A DNA stretch of 64,000 bases from an uncultured Acidobacteriota bacterium (GTDB lineage: Bacteria > Acidobacteriota > Vicinamibacteria > Vicinamibacterales > 2-12-FULL-66-21). Made by a program: the position numbers and the translations under genes. Shown piece after piece: positions 43,041-54,083 of this stretch (position 1 is its first letter; each line of letters begins with the position of its first letter). Where the stretch lies: assembly GCA_963784195.1 (NCBI GenBank), contig CAWARA010000019.1, positions 38,088 through 102,087 on the forward strand. Direction: 5' to 3'. A model generated the notes under the pieces. The model was not told the origin of the DNA. It was given only the letters and a program-made list of their open reading frames with translations, and searched no databases.

Positions 43041-44171
43041 ATGACCATTCGCGCGGAGGCCGTCACGCACGCCGCCTCCGCCACACGTCTCGTCTCGCTC
43101 GACGTTTTCCGTGGCGCCACAATGGCCTCGATGGTCATTGTCAACAACCCGGGGGATTGGGGCGCTGTCTACGCGCCGTTGCAGCATGCCGAGTGGCACG
43201 GCTGGACACCGACCGACCTCATCTTTCCGTTCTTCCTTTTCATCGTCGGCGTCTCGATCACGCTGTCGAGGCGCAGCGCCACATGGGGAAGCATCCTGCG
43301 GCGCAGCGCGCTCATCTTCGCGCTGGGATTGTTCCTCGCGGGCTATCCGCGGTTCGACGTCACCCGCTGGCGCATTCCCGGCGTGCTGCAGCGCATTGCC
43401 GTCTGCTATCTCTTCGCCGCCGTCGCGTTCAGACTCACCGAGGGCGACCGGAAGACGCAGGCGCGATCTCTTTTCAGCATCGCCATCGTCCTTGCCGTCG
43501 CGTACTGGCTGCTGATGGCGTTCGTGCCTCCACCGGGCGGCACGGCGGGGGATCTGTCACCCGAGGGGAACTTCGGCGCCTGGATCGATCGCGCCGTGCT
43601 GGGTGGTCACCTCTGGAAGCCACGATGGGATCCCGAGGGCCTGCTCAGCACCGTGCCGGCCATCTCGACGACACTGCTCGGCATCGTCGCCGGCCTCTGG
43701 CTGGGATCATCCGAAACGCCAGCCCGCAAGGCATCAATCCTCGCGCTCGCCGGCGTCGCTGGCATCGCCGTGGGCTATCTCTGGTCCATCGTGTTTCCAA
43801 TCAACAAGAACCTGTGGACCAGTTCATATGTGATCTTCACCGCTGGCGCGGCATCGTTGCTCCTCGCAGCGTGCTACTGGATCATCGACGTTCGCGAATG
43901 GCGAGGCTGGACGAAGCCGTTCGTCGTGCTCGGATCGAACGCCATCACACTCTTCGTGGTCTCGGGGCTTCTCGGCAGAACCCTCGGGATGCATCGGGTG
44001 GCATTGCCCGACGGCTCGGACATTCCGTTCAACCGTTATCTCTACGTGACGTTCTTCGCGCCATTCGCCGCGCCGAAGAACGCATCACTGATGTACGCGC
44101 TCGCGAATCTCGTCGTCCTGTTCGGGCTGCTGGCCTGGATGTACCGTCGCCGCATCTTCCTCCGCGTCTGA
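43041..44171 (+). CDS. Heparan-alpha-glucosaminide N-acetyltransferase-like (NagX/DUF5009) membrane protein
   Basis: [55 protein letters not shown]. Confidence 0.9.
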   Translation: MTIRAEAVTHAASATRLVSLDVFRGATMASMVIVNNPGDWGAVYAPLQHAEWHGWTPTDLIFPFFLFIVGVSITLSRRSATWGSILRRSALIFALGLFLAGYPRFDVTRWRIPGVLQRIAVCYLFAAVAFRLTEGDRKTQARSLFSIAIVLAVAYWLLMAFVPPPGGTAGDLSPEGNFGAWIDRAVLGGHLWKPRWDPEGLLSTVPAISTTLLGIVAGLWLGSSETPARKASILALAGVAGIAVGYLWSIVFPINKNLWTSSYVIFTAGAASLLLAACYWIIDVREWRGWTKPFVVLGSNAITLFVVSGLLGRTLGMHRVALPDGSDIPFNRYLYVTFFAPFAAPKNASLMYALANLVVLFGLLAWMYRRRIFLRV

Positions 44172-44179
44172 CCTGATCG

Positions 44180-45429
44180 ATGAACCGGCCCCGCCGAATC
44201 TTCAACCTTCCACGCGAGGTGTGGCTGCTCGGGTGGGTGAGCTTCTTCACCGACACCGCGACGGAGATGATCTATCCGCTCCTGCCGCTGTTCCTGACGC
44301 GAGTGATCGGCGCGAGCGCGATGTCGCTCGGCGTGATCGAGGGCATCGCCGAAGCCGCGAACAGCGCGCTCAAGATCGTGTCGGGACGGCTCGCCGACAA
44401 GTGGGGCACCGCCAAACCGCTCGTCCTGATCGGGTACGGCCTGTCGTCGGCGGTCCGCCCCCTGATCGGCCTCGCGTCATCCTGGATCGACGTCCTCACG
44501 CTGCGTTTCGTCGACCGCCTCGGCAAAGGCGTCCGCGGCGCGCCACGTGACGCGATGCTCGTCACCTTCGCCGACGCCACCTCCCGCGGCCGCGTGTTCG
44601 GCTTCCACCGCGCCATGGATCACGCCGGCGCCGTACTCGGTCCTCTCGTGGCGGCATGTTTTCTCTATTTCTATCCCGGCGAATACCGCACCCTGTTCGC
44701 GCTGGCACTGATCCCCGGCCTGATCGTCATGCTCGTACTCTGGCGAGTGCCCGACCTGCGCACCCGTTGGCACGCCCTGGCACCGTTAGCACCGTCCGGC
44801 ACGTCCGGCACGTCCGGCACCTCCGGCACGTCCAGCACGTCTGGCACTGGTGCCACCCTTGACCGCTCTTTCTATACAGCCATCGCCATCATCACCCTAT
44901 TCAGCCTGGGCAACGCCAGCGACGCCTTTCTGCTCCTGCGTCTGAACGACCTCGGCCTCGCCGCGTTCTGGATCCCTCTGGTGTGGTCGGGGCTTCACGT
45001 GGTCAAGGTCGTGTCATCGATCCTCGGCGGCGCATGGTCGGACAGGTTCGGGCGGCGGCACTGATTGCGCTGGGATGGATCGTGTATGCGTTCGTCTATG
45101 CCGGCTTCGCAGTCTTCGACAGACCGCTGATCCTGATCGCGGTGTTCCTGTCGTACGGTCTTTACTTCGGCCTGACGGAAGGCGTCGAGCGCGCGTGGAT
45201 CGCCGATCTCGCACCGGCACATGCGCAAGGCGTTGCGTTCGGAATCTACTACGCAGCGATCGGTCTCGGCAGCCTCGCGGCCAGCCTGCTCTTCGGTTTC
45301 CTGTGGACACGAGTGTCGCCTGAAGCGGCGTTCCACACGGGCGCGGCGATCGCCCTTGTCTCGACCCTGCTGCTATACTTGATGTTTTCTCGCCGTTCTG
45401 ATGAAGCACATCCTGGTTACCAACGATGA
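44180..45429 (+). CDS. MFS transporter (frameshift near 45058)
   Basis: SFFTDTATEMIYP, DRLGKGVRGAPRD, FGFHRAMDHAGA, LGNASDAF, SDRFGR; C-terminal TMs in the 44983 frame. Confidence 0.9.
44770..44855 (+). repeat. 9-bp tandem repeat in the MFS central loop
   Basis: TCCGGCACG units encoding SGT-SGT-SGT-SGT-SST-SGT. Confidence 0.85.
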
Positions 45430-46165
45430 CGGCGTCCGGTCGGAGGGCATTCACGCGCTCGCGCGCGCGCTCCGGCAACTCGGCAACGTCGTCGTCGTCG
45501 CGCCGCACACCGAGGCGAGCGCCATCGGCCACGCGCTGACGCTCCGGCGCCCGCTGCGCATGGACGTCGTCGGCGACGACGTGTACGAGGTCGACGGCAC
45601 GCCGAGCGACTGCATCAACATCGCGATCACGCAGATCTTCAAGCGCTCACCCGATCTCGTCGTGTCCGGCATCAACAAGGGGTACAACCTGGGAGACGAC
45701 GTGACGTATTCGGGGACCGTGGCGGGCGCGCTGGAAGGTGCGCTGCTGGGAATCCCGAGCCTCGCGGTATCCCTTGAACGGTCGCGCAGCGAGTACGACT
45801 TCGGCCCTGCGGCGGCGGCGGCCGCGCGCGTGGCGGAATTCGTCCTCGCGCAAGGCCTGCCGAACCGGACTTTCCTGAACCTCAACGTGCCGCCCGGCGA
45901 ACCGCGCGGATTTCGTGTGACGTTCCAGGCCAAGCGCAACCACGTCACCGTCGTCGACTCGCGCCTCGATCCGAGAGGGAACGCGTATTACTGGATCGAG
46001 GAAGGGCAGAACCAGTGGGAGCCGCACGACAAGTCGGACTATCAGGCCGTCAAGGACGGGTACGTGTCGGTGACGCCTCTGCAGCCCGACCTGACCGCGT
46101 ACGACGCGCTTTCGGCGATCGGGATGCTGATGGGGGAGCCAGTTTCCCCCGAGCCAGAGGGTTGA
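45401..46165 (+). CDS. surE: 5'/3'-nucleotidase SurE
   Basis: ILVTNDDG, GTPSDC, VVSGINKG.N.G..VTYSGTV, VSVTPL. Confidence 0.96.
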   Translation: MKHILVTNDDGVRSEGIHALARALRQLGNVVVVAPHTEASAIGHALTLRRPLRMDVVGDDVYEVDGTPSDCINIAITQIFKRSPDLVVSGINKGYNLGDDVTYSGTVAGALEGALLGIPSLAVSLERSRSEYDFGPAAAAAARVAEFVLAQGLPNRTFLNLNVPPGEPRGFRVTFQAKRNHVTVVDSRLDPRGNAYYWIEEGQNQWEPHDKSDYQAVKDGYVSVTPLQPDLTAYDALSAIGMLMGEPVSPEPEG

Positions 46166-46172
46166 GGACGAT

Positions 46173-46808
46173 CTACTTGCGCTTCAGCAGCTCCGGAAAC
46201 GCTTTCTCGAGGTGATCCAGCTTCGGCAGATCGTTGTAGACGATGTAGGGGTTGGTGCGGTGATTGACGAGATAATTCTGATGGGACGCCTCGGCGGGAT
46301 AGAAGCCATCGAGCGGCACGACCTTCGTCACGATGGGCCGCCGAAACACCTTGGCGGAGTCCAGCTCCTTGATGTAGGCCTGCGCAACGGCTTGTTGCTC
46401 GGGCGTCGTGTAGAAGATTGACGATCGATACTGCGTGCCCTCATCCGGCCCTTGACGGTTGAGCTCGGTCGGGTCGTGCGCCACCGCGAAGAAGACCTTC
46501 AGCAACTGCCCGTAAGTGATCTTCGACGAATCGTAGGTGATCTTCACCGACTCGGCATGGCCCGTTGCGCCCATGCTGACGACGGTGTAGTGCGCCGTCG
46601 CCGCAGATCCACCAGCGTATCCGGAGACAACGTCGGTGACGCCGGCGAGGCGCTCGAAGACGGCCTCGACGCCCCAAAAACATCCCCCGGCCAGCACGGC
46701 CGTCTGCTCTCCGGTGGGCTTGACGTCCTGCGGCGGGTCGGGGAACCGGGACGGTGTCGTCCCGAGCACGGCTGCGATTGCGATCATGAGCGCGATCATG
46801 TGGTTCAT
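46173..46808 (-). CDS. msrA: Peptide methionine sulfoxide reductase A (with signal peptide)
   Basis: GGCFWG, GYAGG, GHAESV, HDPT..NRQG.D.GTQYRS, FYPAE..HQNY. Confidence 0.96.
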   Translation of the reverse strand: MNHMIALMIAIAAVLGTTPSRFPDPPQDVKPTGEQTAVLAGGCFWGVEAVFERLAGVTDVVSGYAGGSAATAHYTVVSMGATGHAESVKITYDSSKITYGQLLKVFFAVAHDPTELNRQGPDEGTQYRSSIFYTTPEQQAVAQAYIKELDSAKVFRRPIVTKVVPLDGFYPAEASHQNYLVNHRTNPYIVYNDLPKLDHLEKAFPELLKRK

Positions 46809-46946
46809 CGTGTCCTCTACGTCCCAGAACCCCTCGGCTGGCCTGAAGATTCCCTTCGGCTATTGTCGAGCGGGAAGTAGGGTAGAATAAAAGGTCAGCG
46901 CGCAAGGTTCCCGGCCTGTGCGCGTCTTTTCAACAGTTTCGCCTGT

Positions 46947-47023
46947 CGGGGCGTGGCTCAGCCTGGTAGAGCACTCGGTTCGGGACCGAGGGGTCGGTGG
47001 TTCGAATCCACTCGCCCCGACCA
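46947..47023 (+). tRNA. tRNA-Pro(CGG)
   Basis: CGGGGCG acceptor stem, anticodon arm CTCGG-TTCGGGA-CCGAG, T-loop GGTTCGAATCC, encoded CCA. Confidence 0.97.
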
Positions 47024-47065
47024 CATTTCGCTAGGTCGCTTGCAACGAGATTGCAACGAAAGCAA

Positions 47066-47100
47066 AAAGGGCACCTTTACCGGTGCCCTTTGCATTTTCT
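47066..47100 (+). terminator. Hairpin after the tRNA
   Basis: AAAGGGCACC-TTTACC-GGTGCCCTTT followed by GCATTTTCT. Confidence 0.55.
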
Positions 47101-47250
47101 GGCGTCCCCCGCAGCATGGCGATGGACCTCACGGGACACAGAACCCGAGTCGGTTTAACGGCCCTTTGCGATTGCTGACGACCGCGATTTTCGGGTTTGC
47201 GGCGGGGCGGCTGGGACCTGGTGGCGCGATGATCAATTGCCTATTGCGCG

Positions 47251-47720
47251 GTGGCGCGGAGGCGAAGCTGGTCACACCGGCAGGCGAATACATGGCGACC
47301 TTTTCGCCAGACGGTGCGTGGCTGGGCTACGCCTCCAACGAGTCCGGGCAGGATGAGGTCTATGTACAGGCCATATCCGAGAGCGGCAGGTGTCGCCAGG
47401 CTTGTGTCGATCGGCGGTGGAACGGGTCCCGTGTGGGCACCCGACGGCTCGGCGCTGTACCTACCGTGGCGCGTCCGGGGATCTGATGATGGTGCCGACA
47501 ACGGTGGGTGCGACGTTCACCGCAGGGAGGCCGCGTCCGTTGTTTCGCTTCAGGGGCACCTTCCGTCCGTCGGGCACTGGCGCTGCGTACGAACGTTCAT
47601 CCGGACGGCAGACGGTTCATCATGGTCTCGGGTGACGAGCGTCCGATTGCGTCGTCTGCACAAATCAACCTCGTGGTGAACTGGTTCGAGGAGCTGAAGC
47701 GGCTCATGCCGACGAAGTAG
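47251..47720 (+). pseudogene. C-terminal fragment of a PD40/TolB-like beta-propeller protein (Ser/Thr kinase-type tail)
   Basis: FSPDGAWLGYASNESGQDEVYV, VSIGGGTGPVWAPDG, HPDGRRF, INLVVNWFEELKRL spread over three frames; no N-terminus. Confidence 0.8.
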
Positions 47721-47778
47721 CGTCGTGCCGCACCGGCCGTCGTGCCGTCCGACGTTGTGAGACGCCCCGTGAGGGGTT

Positions 47779-47840
47779 ACTCCCCACTGGTCGGGTAGTG
47801 ACGACCGATTCGCGGGACGAATCGATCAACCCTGCGGCGT
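47779..47840 (+). repeat. Island recombination-like site, copy 1
   Basis: ACTCCCCACTG-GTCGGG-TAGTGACGACCGATTCGCGGGACGAATCGATCAACCCTGCGGCGT. Confidence 0.85.
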
Positions 47841-48072
47841 CACGCAGGACCTATCCGGTGTGCCGCATTTTCCGCGAGTTGGAACAACACAACCGCCTGG
47901 CTGCGAGCCGTCGACTCCCTTAGATGCGCCGGCTGAGGACATCGGTCAGCCGTCGATTCCACCTGAGCCGTTGCTGCGCGTCTTCGTGTTGCAGTCGCCC
48001 GGCGTTTTCCCACATCGCTGGTCCCACCGTCATTTATCATGCCCGAGTCCTCCACCTCGAAAGGGCGGCGAC

Positions 48073-49567
48073 ATGAAGACGACGAATCGTTGGCTCGCAC
48101 CCATCCTCTGCGGCGGCGTATCGTCGATCGTCCTATCGGCGCAAAAACCCACCCCTCATCGCGAATGCGCCGGGCTGACCAGCCTCACGCTGCCCGACAT
48201 CAAGATCGGCGAGGCGGTCGCCGTGCCCACCGCAACCAGCGGTGACATTCGAGCGGCGCACTGCCGCGTCACCGGCGTCATCGGCACGGAGATCCGCTTT
48301 TCCCTGCTGCTACCCGACAATTGGAACGGCAAGTTCATGATGGGTGGGGGCGGCGGGTTCGTCGGCATGATCGACAATCAGGCGAAAACAACCGTGAACG
48401 ACGGCTATGCGACCGTCGGCACCGACACCGGCCACCAGGGAGAGATGTTCGACGCAAGCTGGGCGCTCGACAATGTCGAGCGGCAAGTGAATTACGGATA
48501 CGTCGCGGTGCACCGCACAGCCGAAACCGCCAAGGCGATTCTCCGGCACTACTACGGCGCGACCGAGAAGCATTCGTACTTTTCGGGCTGCTCGAATGGC
48601 GGCCGACAGGGCTTGATGGAAGCGCAGCGCTTTCCAGACGACTTCGACGGCATCGTCGTCGGGGCGCCTGTACACGACTTCGTGGGGCTGGCCGCACAGT
48701 TCGTCAGGGACGCGCAGGCGGTGTTCCCCGATCCGCGCAACCTGTCGGCGCCGATGTTCACGCTCGAGACATTGAAGTCGGTCGAGGCGCAGATCGTCGA
48801 GAAGTGCGATGCCGTCGATGGAGTCAAGGACGGCCTCCTGGAGGACCCGCGGCGGTGCAACGTCGACCTCGCTGGATTGGCCGGCCTGTCTGATGGGCAG
48901 CGAGCGGCGCTGAGGAAGATGTATGCCGAGACGAGTGGTAAAGCGGGCGCAATCTATCCCGCACGACCGGTGGGCGGCGAAGGCGAGGTCGACAGCTGGC
49001 CAGTATGGATCACGGGCGGTAGCCCCTATGCCACACCCCAGGCCCCAAGTCTGGGCTTCGCATTGGCCACGCACTTCTTCAAGTTCCTCGTGTTCAACGA
49101 TCCCCTCCTGGGACTACAGCGGCTACGACGTCGCGAACGCGCACAAGGACGCGAGGCTCGCTGCGACGTTCATGAACGCGACCAATCCGGATCTCGACGC
49201 GTTCAAGGCGAAAGGCCGCAAGCTGATCGTGTGGCACGGATGGTCAGACGCGCTCACCGCGCTCGCGAGCATCAAGTACTACGAGCAGGTCCAGGAGCGT
49301 GACGCTGCGGTGCGCGACTACTTCCGCATGTTCTTGATGCCGGGTGTGCTGCACTGCAGTGGGGGACATGGTCCCGATACGGTCGACTGGCCGGCGGCGA
49401 TCGCTGACTGGGTCGAGAACGGCAAGGCGCCGGACCGGGTGATCGCGCGACAGGCCGCGGCCGGCAGCGCCGTGTCGCGGACGCGTCCCCTGTGCCCGTA
49501 TCCGCAGCATGCGGAGTACACGGGCGCGGGCAGCACGGACGACGCAGCGAACTTCGTCTGCCGTTAG
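48073..49567 (+). CDS. Tannase/feruloyl esterase family hydrolase (frameshift near 49105)
   Basis: TDTGH, GCSNGGRQG, FPDDFDGIVVGAP, KLIVWHGWSD, PGVLHC.GG, TRPLCPYP. Confidence 0.92.
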
Positions 49568-49767
49568 CGACGATGGTGCGGGGCTGAGTTCGGCCGAGCC
49601 GATCGAGGCCTCAGACGGGTCAGCGGATGTGAGCCGTGCGGCGGTTCGATTCCTATCCGCGGCGGGGCTTCGACCGTCGTTAAGCTGTTGACCGTGTTTG
49701 GCGCGTAGTGGTGAGCCATACGTGAATCGAACCGGCCCCGATGAAGCGGCCATCCAGCTTTTGGTTC

Positions 49768-49788
49768 ACCCCCCAGTAGTCGCCCAGT
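49768..49788 (+). repeat. Island recombination-like site, left-half copy
   Basis: ACCCCCCAGTA-GTCGCC-CAGT, preceded by GGTTC as at 57398. Confidence 0.6.
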
Positions 49789-50254
49789 CTTTGCTAATCC
49801 GCCGAGTACACGCTCGAATCGCGCTATTCAACTGGGGCGACGAACTGCAGCGGTTCGGGTTGGTCACGTTTTTGTTACAGGGTAGGCAAGGTGAGGGTGA
49901 AGGTAAAGATCAGCTCCTCGCGTCCACGCTCCTGCACCTGGGGGCTTGCGCGGATCGGTTTACACTACGCCGTTTGTCGCGGCGAATCCCACACCGCGAC
50001 ATCACCGATAACCACTCAATTCCTCCTGCGACAGCGCGTACGCGCGAACCAACACTTCGTGCGCACAATTAAAGTCACTGTTGTGAGGGAGGAGGAGCTC
50101 GCGGCGGTCGTCGCCAGCACTTTTGGCCGCCTGCGTCCCGATCAACGTGGTCACGAGTGACTGTGCTGAGCCGTACACGACAAGGGTCTCCGTCGTGGTG
50201 GCGCGATGTATTCCCCATGACGCCCGCGCAACGCCGAAGAAGGTCAGATATGTA

Positions 50255-50442
50255 CTACCGCGTAAAGTTGATCGTGACGGTCACGAGAACAGGCACGGGC
50301 ACGCCGTTCAGAAGCGTCGGCGTGTACCTCCCACTGCCGCACGGCGTCAAGCGCGGCCTGGTCGAGCAGCGGGATCGACCGCACTACCTTCGCGTCTATG
50401 ACTTTCCCGTCGGGTCCAATCGTCGCTTCGATCGTGACCGCT
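50255..50442 (-). pseudogene. TonB C-terminal domain fragment
   Basis: VTIEATIGPDGKVIDAKVVRSIPLLDQAALDAVRQW / YTPTLLNGVPVPVLVTVTINF. Confidence 0.8.
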
Positions 50443-50817
50443 GTCGCGGGCAAAGAGAAGGCCGATGCCATCGCGGCCAAAAAGAAAGCCGATGCCGCAG
50501 CCAGGGCGAAGGCCAAGGCGGCGGCGGTCCGCATAGCCCTGGGTCTCTAACAGCTTCCGGTTTCGATGTTCCGGACGGCCCGCTTCGCGCTCGCGGTCAC
50601 GGGCTGCGCGTCACCGCCCACCGCGGACGTGGATGCGGCCAAGGCCGCCGTCGACCGGGCCGCGACCGGCCGCGCGGATCAGTATGCCGCCGCGTCGCTC
50701 AAGGCTGCCCAGGATGCCCGGGGAGCCGCTCGACGCTGAGCTGAAAGCGCAGGGACCATTGGCAACGTTTGTTGACAGCCGCACTTGGGGGCCGACAAGC
50801 AAGGCGTTCGGAGAATA

Positions 50818-50885
50818 ACTCCCCCGTCGTCGCAAAGTGACGACCGATTCGCGGGCCGAAGTCGATCGACCTTGCGGCGTTTATC
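50818..50885 (+). repeat. Island recombination-like site, copy
   Basis: ACTCCCCCGTC-GTCGCA-AAGTGACGACCGATTCGCGGGCCGAAGTCGATCGACCTTGCGGCGTTTATC. Confidence 0.85.
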
Positions 50886-51064
50886 AGAATTAATCAGTCG
50901 CGCGATCGGTCAAGGGTCGAGCCGACGACTGCACATTCGCGCTAGCCTCAGTCGTCGACTGAGCCAGGAATAGACAAAAAGGGGGTCATGGTTCCGGCAA
51001 GTCCGCTGTGCAAACCAGGACAGACAGTCGCGCCGCCGGTCTGCCATGCTCAGCCAACAGACGT

Positions 51065-52732
51065 ATGGCCGCGGCGACCCACACACTCGACACCAGGACC
51101 GCTGACACTGGCGCCGAGGTGCGCCGGCAAGAAGCGCTCCTCAAGACCGGCGCGCTGCAGAACGCCATCCTCAACAGCGCCAACTTCTCGAGCATCGCCA
51201 CCGACGACAAGGGTGTCATCCAATTGTTCAACGTCGGCGCCGAGCGGATGCTCGGGTATGCCGCTGCCGACGTTCTCAACAAGATTACGCCGGCCGATAT
51301 TTCCGACCCTCAGGAGCTGATTGCCCGCGCCGACACTCTCAGCGTGGAACTGGGCACGACGATTTCGCCCGGTTTCGATGCGCTGGTGTTCAAGGCCTCG
51401 CGCGGCATAGAAGATATCTACGAGCTCACCTACATTCGCAAGGACGGCAGCCGCTTCCCCGCGATTGTATCGGTCACGGCATTGCGCAACGATCAGGGCG
51501 GGATCATCGGCTACCTCCTGATCGGCACCGACAACACGGCCCGCAAGCGCGTCGAGGCGGAGCAGCAAAAACTCGATCAACGTCTTCGCGACCAGCACTT
51601 CTACACGCGATCGCTGATCGAGTCCAACATCGATGCCCTGATGACCACCGACGCCGCCGGCATCATTACCGACGTCAATCGGCAGATGGAGGCGCTCACC
51701 GGATGCACGCGAGACGAGCTGATCGGCGCACCGTTCAAGAAACACTTCACCGATCCGGCGCGCGCCGCTGCTGGCATCAAGCTGGTGCTGCGGGAAAAGA
51801 AGGTCACCAATTACGAGCTCACCGCGCGTGCGCGCGACGGCAAGATGACCGTCGTGTCCTACAACGCGACGACGTTCTACGACCGCGATCGCACCTTGCA
51901 GGGTGTGTTCGCCGCTGCCCGCGATATCACCGAGCGCAAGCACATCGAGCAAGTCCTCCAGGAGAAAAACCTCGAACTCGAAATCGCTAAGTCCGTCGCC
52001 GAGCAGACCGTCGAACGCCTCGAGGAAGTGGAACAGCTCAAGAAGGGGTTTCTGTCCACCGTCAGCCACGAGTTGCGCACGCCGTTGACTTCGATTCGCG
52101 GATCCCTCGGCCTGCTCGCGTCCGGCGCCGCGGGCCCGTTGTCGGACCAGGTGGTCGAGATCGTTGCACTCGCGGAGCGCAATGCCATCCGTCTGATGGC
52201 GTTGATTGAAGACATTCTCGATCTGGAGCGGCTCGAAACCGGCAAGATCGACCTGCACATCACCGACGTCCCGATTGCCTCGATTCTCCGCCGCGCAATG
52301 GAGTCGCTCGCCGCCTTCGGCGCACACGGCGTCACGGTCGAGGCCCCGACCGTGTCGTCGTCCATCCATGGCGACGCCGATCGGATCGTGCAGGTGCTCG
52401 TCAACCTCCTGTCGAACGCCGTGAAGTTTTCTCCGCCCGGTGGCGTGGTGACGATTGCCGTGACCGCAAACGGTAAGTGGACGGAGTTCCGCGTCAGCGA
52501 TCATGGCCGCGGTGTGCCCGCCGTCCATCGGCGGGCGATCTTCGAGCGGTTTCGCCAGGTCGATCCATCCGACGCGCGCGAGAAGGGCGGCGCCGGACTC
52601 GGACTGGCGATCTGCAAGTCGATTGTCGAGCAGCACGGCGGCAGCATCGGCGTGGAGAGCGAGGAAGGCGCCGGCAGCGCGTTCTGGTTCCGCCTGGCGA
52701 CCGACGCGGCCGATGACAAGGCACCGTCGTGA
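51065..52732 (+). CDS. PAS-PAS sensor histidine kinase
   Basis: Two PAS/PAC domains, SHELRTPL, NLLSNAVKF, DHGRG, GAGLGL. Confidence 0.95.
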   Translation: MAAATHTLDTRTADTGAEVRRQEALLKTGALQNAILNSANFSSIATDDKGVIQLFNVGAERMLGYAAADVLNKITPADISDPQELIARADTLSVELGTTISPGFDALVFKASRGIEDIYELTYIRKDGSRFPAIVSVTALRNDQGGIIGYLLIGTDNTARKRVEAEQQKLDQRLRDQHFYTRSLIESNIDALMTTDAAGIITDVNRQMEALTGCTRDELIGAPFKKHFTDPARAAAGIKLVLREKKVTNYELTARARDGKMTVVSYNATTFYDRDRTLQGVFAAARDITERKHIEQVLQEKNLELEIAKSVAEQTVERLEEVEQLKKGFLSTVSHELRTPLTSIRGSLGLLASGAAGPLSDQVVEIVALAERNAIRLMALIEDILDLERLETGKIDLHITDVPIASILRRAMESLAAFGAHGVTVEAPTVSSSIHGDADRIVQVLVNLLSNAVKFSPPGGVVTIAVTANGKWTEFRVSDHGRGVPAVHRRAIFERFRQVDPSDAREKGGAGLGLAICKSIVEQHGGSIGVESEEGAGSAFWFRLATDAADDKAPS

Positions 52733-53091
52733 AGGTGCTGATCATCGACGATGACGCCGATATTCGCTTCGTTGCGGCGATGAGTCTTCGCGCCGGCGGC
52801 GCCATCGACGTCGTTGAGGCCAGCGGCGGCCTCGACGGCGTACGCAAGGCACGCGAGGAACCGCCGGACGTCATTCTCCTCGACATGATGATGCCAACGA
52901 TGGATGGGGCGCAGACGATCGCCGCTTTGCGGATGCAGAAGGAAACCGCGACGACGCCGGTCATCTTCCTCACGGCGAAGACGATCGCTGCCGAGATTCA
53001 GGGCATGAAGGACCTTGGCGCCGCCGGAGTCCTGATCAAGCCGTTCGACCCGCGGACGTTGGCGGCCGATGTCCTCGCCCTGCTCACGTAG
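52729..53091 (+). CDS. Single-domain response regulator
   Basis: VLIIDDD, LLDMMMP, FLTA, KPF. Confidence 0.93.
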   Translation: MKVLIIDDDADIRFVAAMSLRAGGAIDVVEASGGLDGVRKAREEPPDVILLDMMMPTMDGAQTIAALRMQKETATTPVIFLTAKTIAAEIQGMKDLGAAGVLIKPFDPRTLAADVLALLT

Positions 53092-53094
53092 CCG

Positions 53095-53880
53095 TCAGCC
53101 TCCGAGTCGAACGCGAATGCGCAGGATCAGCTCGCGCATGTCAATGGGTTTGCTCAGGAAATCGTCGGCCCCGAGCGTGAGCCCGGCGAGCCGGTGGTGC
53201 ACATTCGCACCGGTCGTCATCAGGATGACTGGGATGGCGCTCAGCTCAGGATCGCACTTGAGCAGCCGGCACACCGAAAAGCCGTCGAGCCCCGGCATGG
53301 CGATATCGAGCAGAATCAACGCCGGTCGCTCGGCGCGCACTCTGTCGACCACGCCCTCGCCCGAGCGGAGGGCGATCGGGAGGAACCCGGCGTGCGCGAG
53401 CGAGACGCCGAGAATCTTCCGCTGGTCGGCATGATCTTCAGCGATCAGGATTTTGATACCGGTACTGGGCGCGCGTTGCGGCGCCGACATGGCTGCCTCG
53501 TCCGCAAGATCATGAGTGAAGGCGCGCCGCATCTTCTCCAGTGCCACCCGTGCCAGCGGCGCATCAACCACGCCGGCGGCAAGCAGGCTCTCGAGGTCGG
53601 CCGCGCGACGGCTGATGGTGGGAAATCCGATGGTCCCGGGCAGTCCAATGAGCCGATGCACGCGGTCGGTCAGCTCCGTCGGCGGATCACTGGCGGGATG
53701 GACCAGGGCTTCTTCCAGGAGCGTGGCGATGGCGTCGTAATCTGTGACGAAAGTGGCGACGAAATGAGCACGGGTCTCGGCCAGGACGCGTGCCAGCTCG
53801 TCCGGCTGCAGAGATGACGGAATAGAAGGCTGCGAAGGCAGCCCGACGGTCATGGCTCGCGTCTCTTGGTAAGTTCCCAT
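53095..53880 (-). CDS. Hpt-like plus receiver-domain protein
   Basis: N-terminal HRLIGLPGTIG (Hpt-like), C-terminal receiver ILIAED, LLDIAMP, ADDFLSKP. Confidence 0.85.
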   Translation of the reverse strand: MGTYQETRAMTVGLPSQPSIPSSLQPDELARVLAETRAHFVATFVTDYDAIATLLEEALVHPASDPPTELTDRVHRLIGLPGTIGFPTISRRAADLESLLAAGVVDAPLARVALEKMRRAFTHDLADEAAMSAPQRAPSTGIKILIAEDHADQRKILGVSLAHAGFLPIALRSGEGVVDRVRAERPALILLDIAMPGLDGFSVCRLLKCDPELSAIPVILMTTGANVHHRLAGLTLGADDFLSKPIDMRELILRIRVRLGG

Positions 53881-53939
53881 ATTCCGAGACGTTACCGAAA
53901 AGGGCGGCCGCGATGCTGTTCCAAAACGTACAGGCGAGC

Positions 53940-54019
53940 GTCGGTCCGCGAAAGTCGCCAAGTGACGACCGATTCGCGGGACGAATCGATCAACCCTGCG
54001 GCGTTTATCGTGACCGACG
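53940..54019 (+). repeat. Island recombination-like site, copy
   Basis: GTCGGTCCGCGAAA-GTCGCC-AAGTGACGACCGATTCGCGGGACGAATCGATCAACCCTGCGGCGTTTATCGTGACCGACG. Confidence 0.88.
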
Positions 54020-54083
54020 GCGTGCGCGTCAGCCGCGGCTCACGATCGCATCGGCCGCCGTCGGCTGCAAACGCCTGTTAGCG
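54012..54083 (-). other. Integron attC-like site
   Basis: CGCTAAC (contains the hydrolase stop) - AGGCG - TTTGCAGCCG...CGGCTGAC - GCGCACGCC - GTCGGTC; L-box pairing with an extrahelical G; R' is GTC rather than GTT. Confidence 0.65.

Noticed and set aside
47176-47200. Additional degenerate copies of the island motif at 47176, 49937-49985 and 59163
   Set aside because: Only partial similarity (TGACGACCG; CACTACGCCGTTTGTCGCG; CCCCCGGTAGTCCGCC). Not counted without a profile score.
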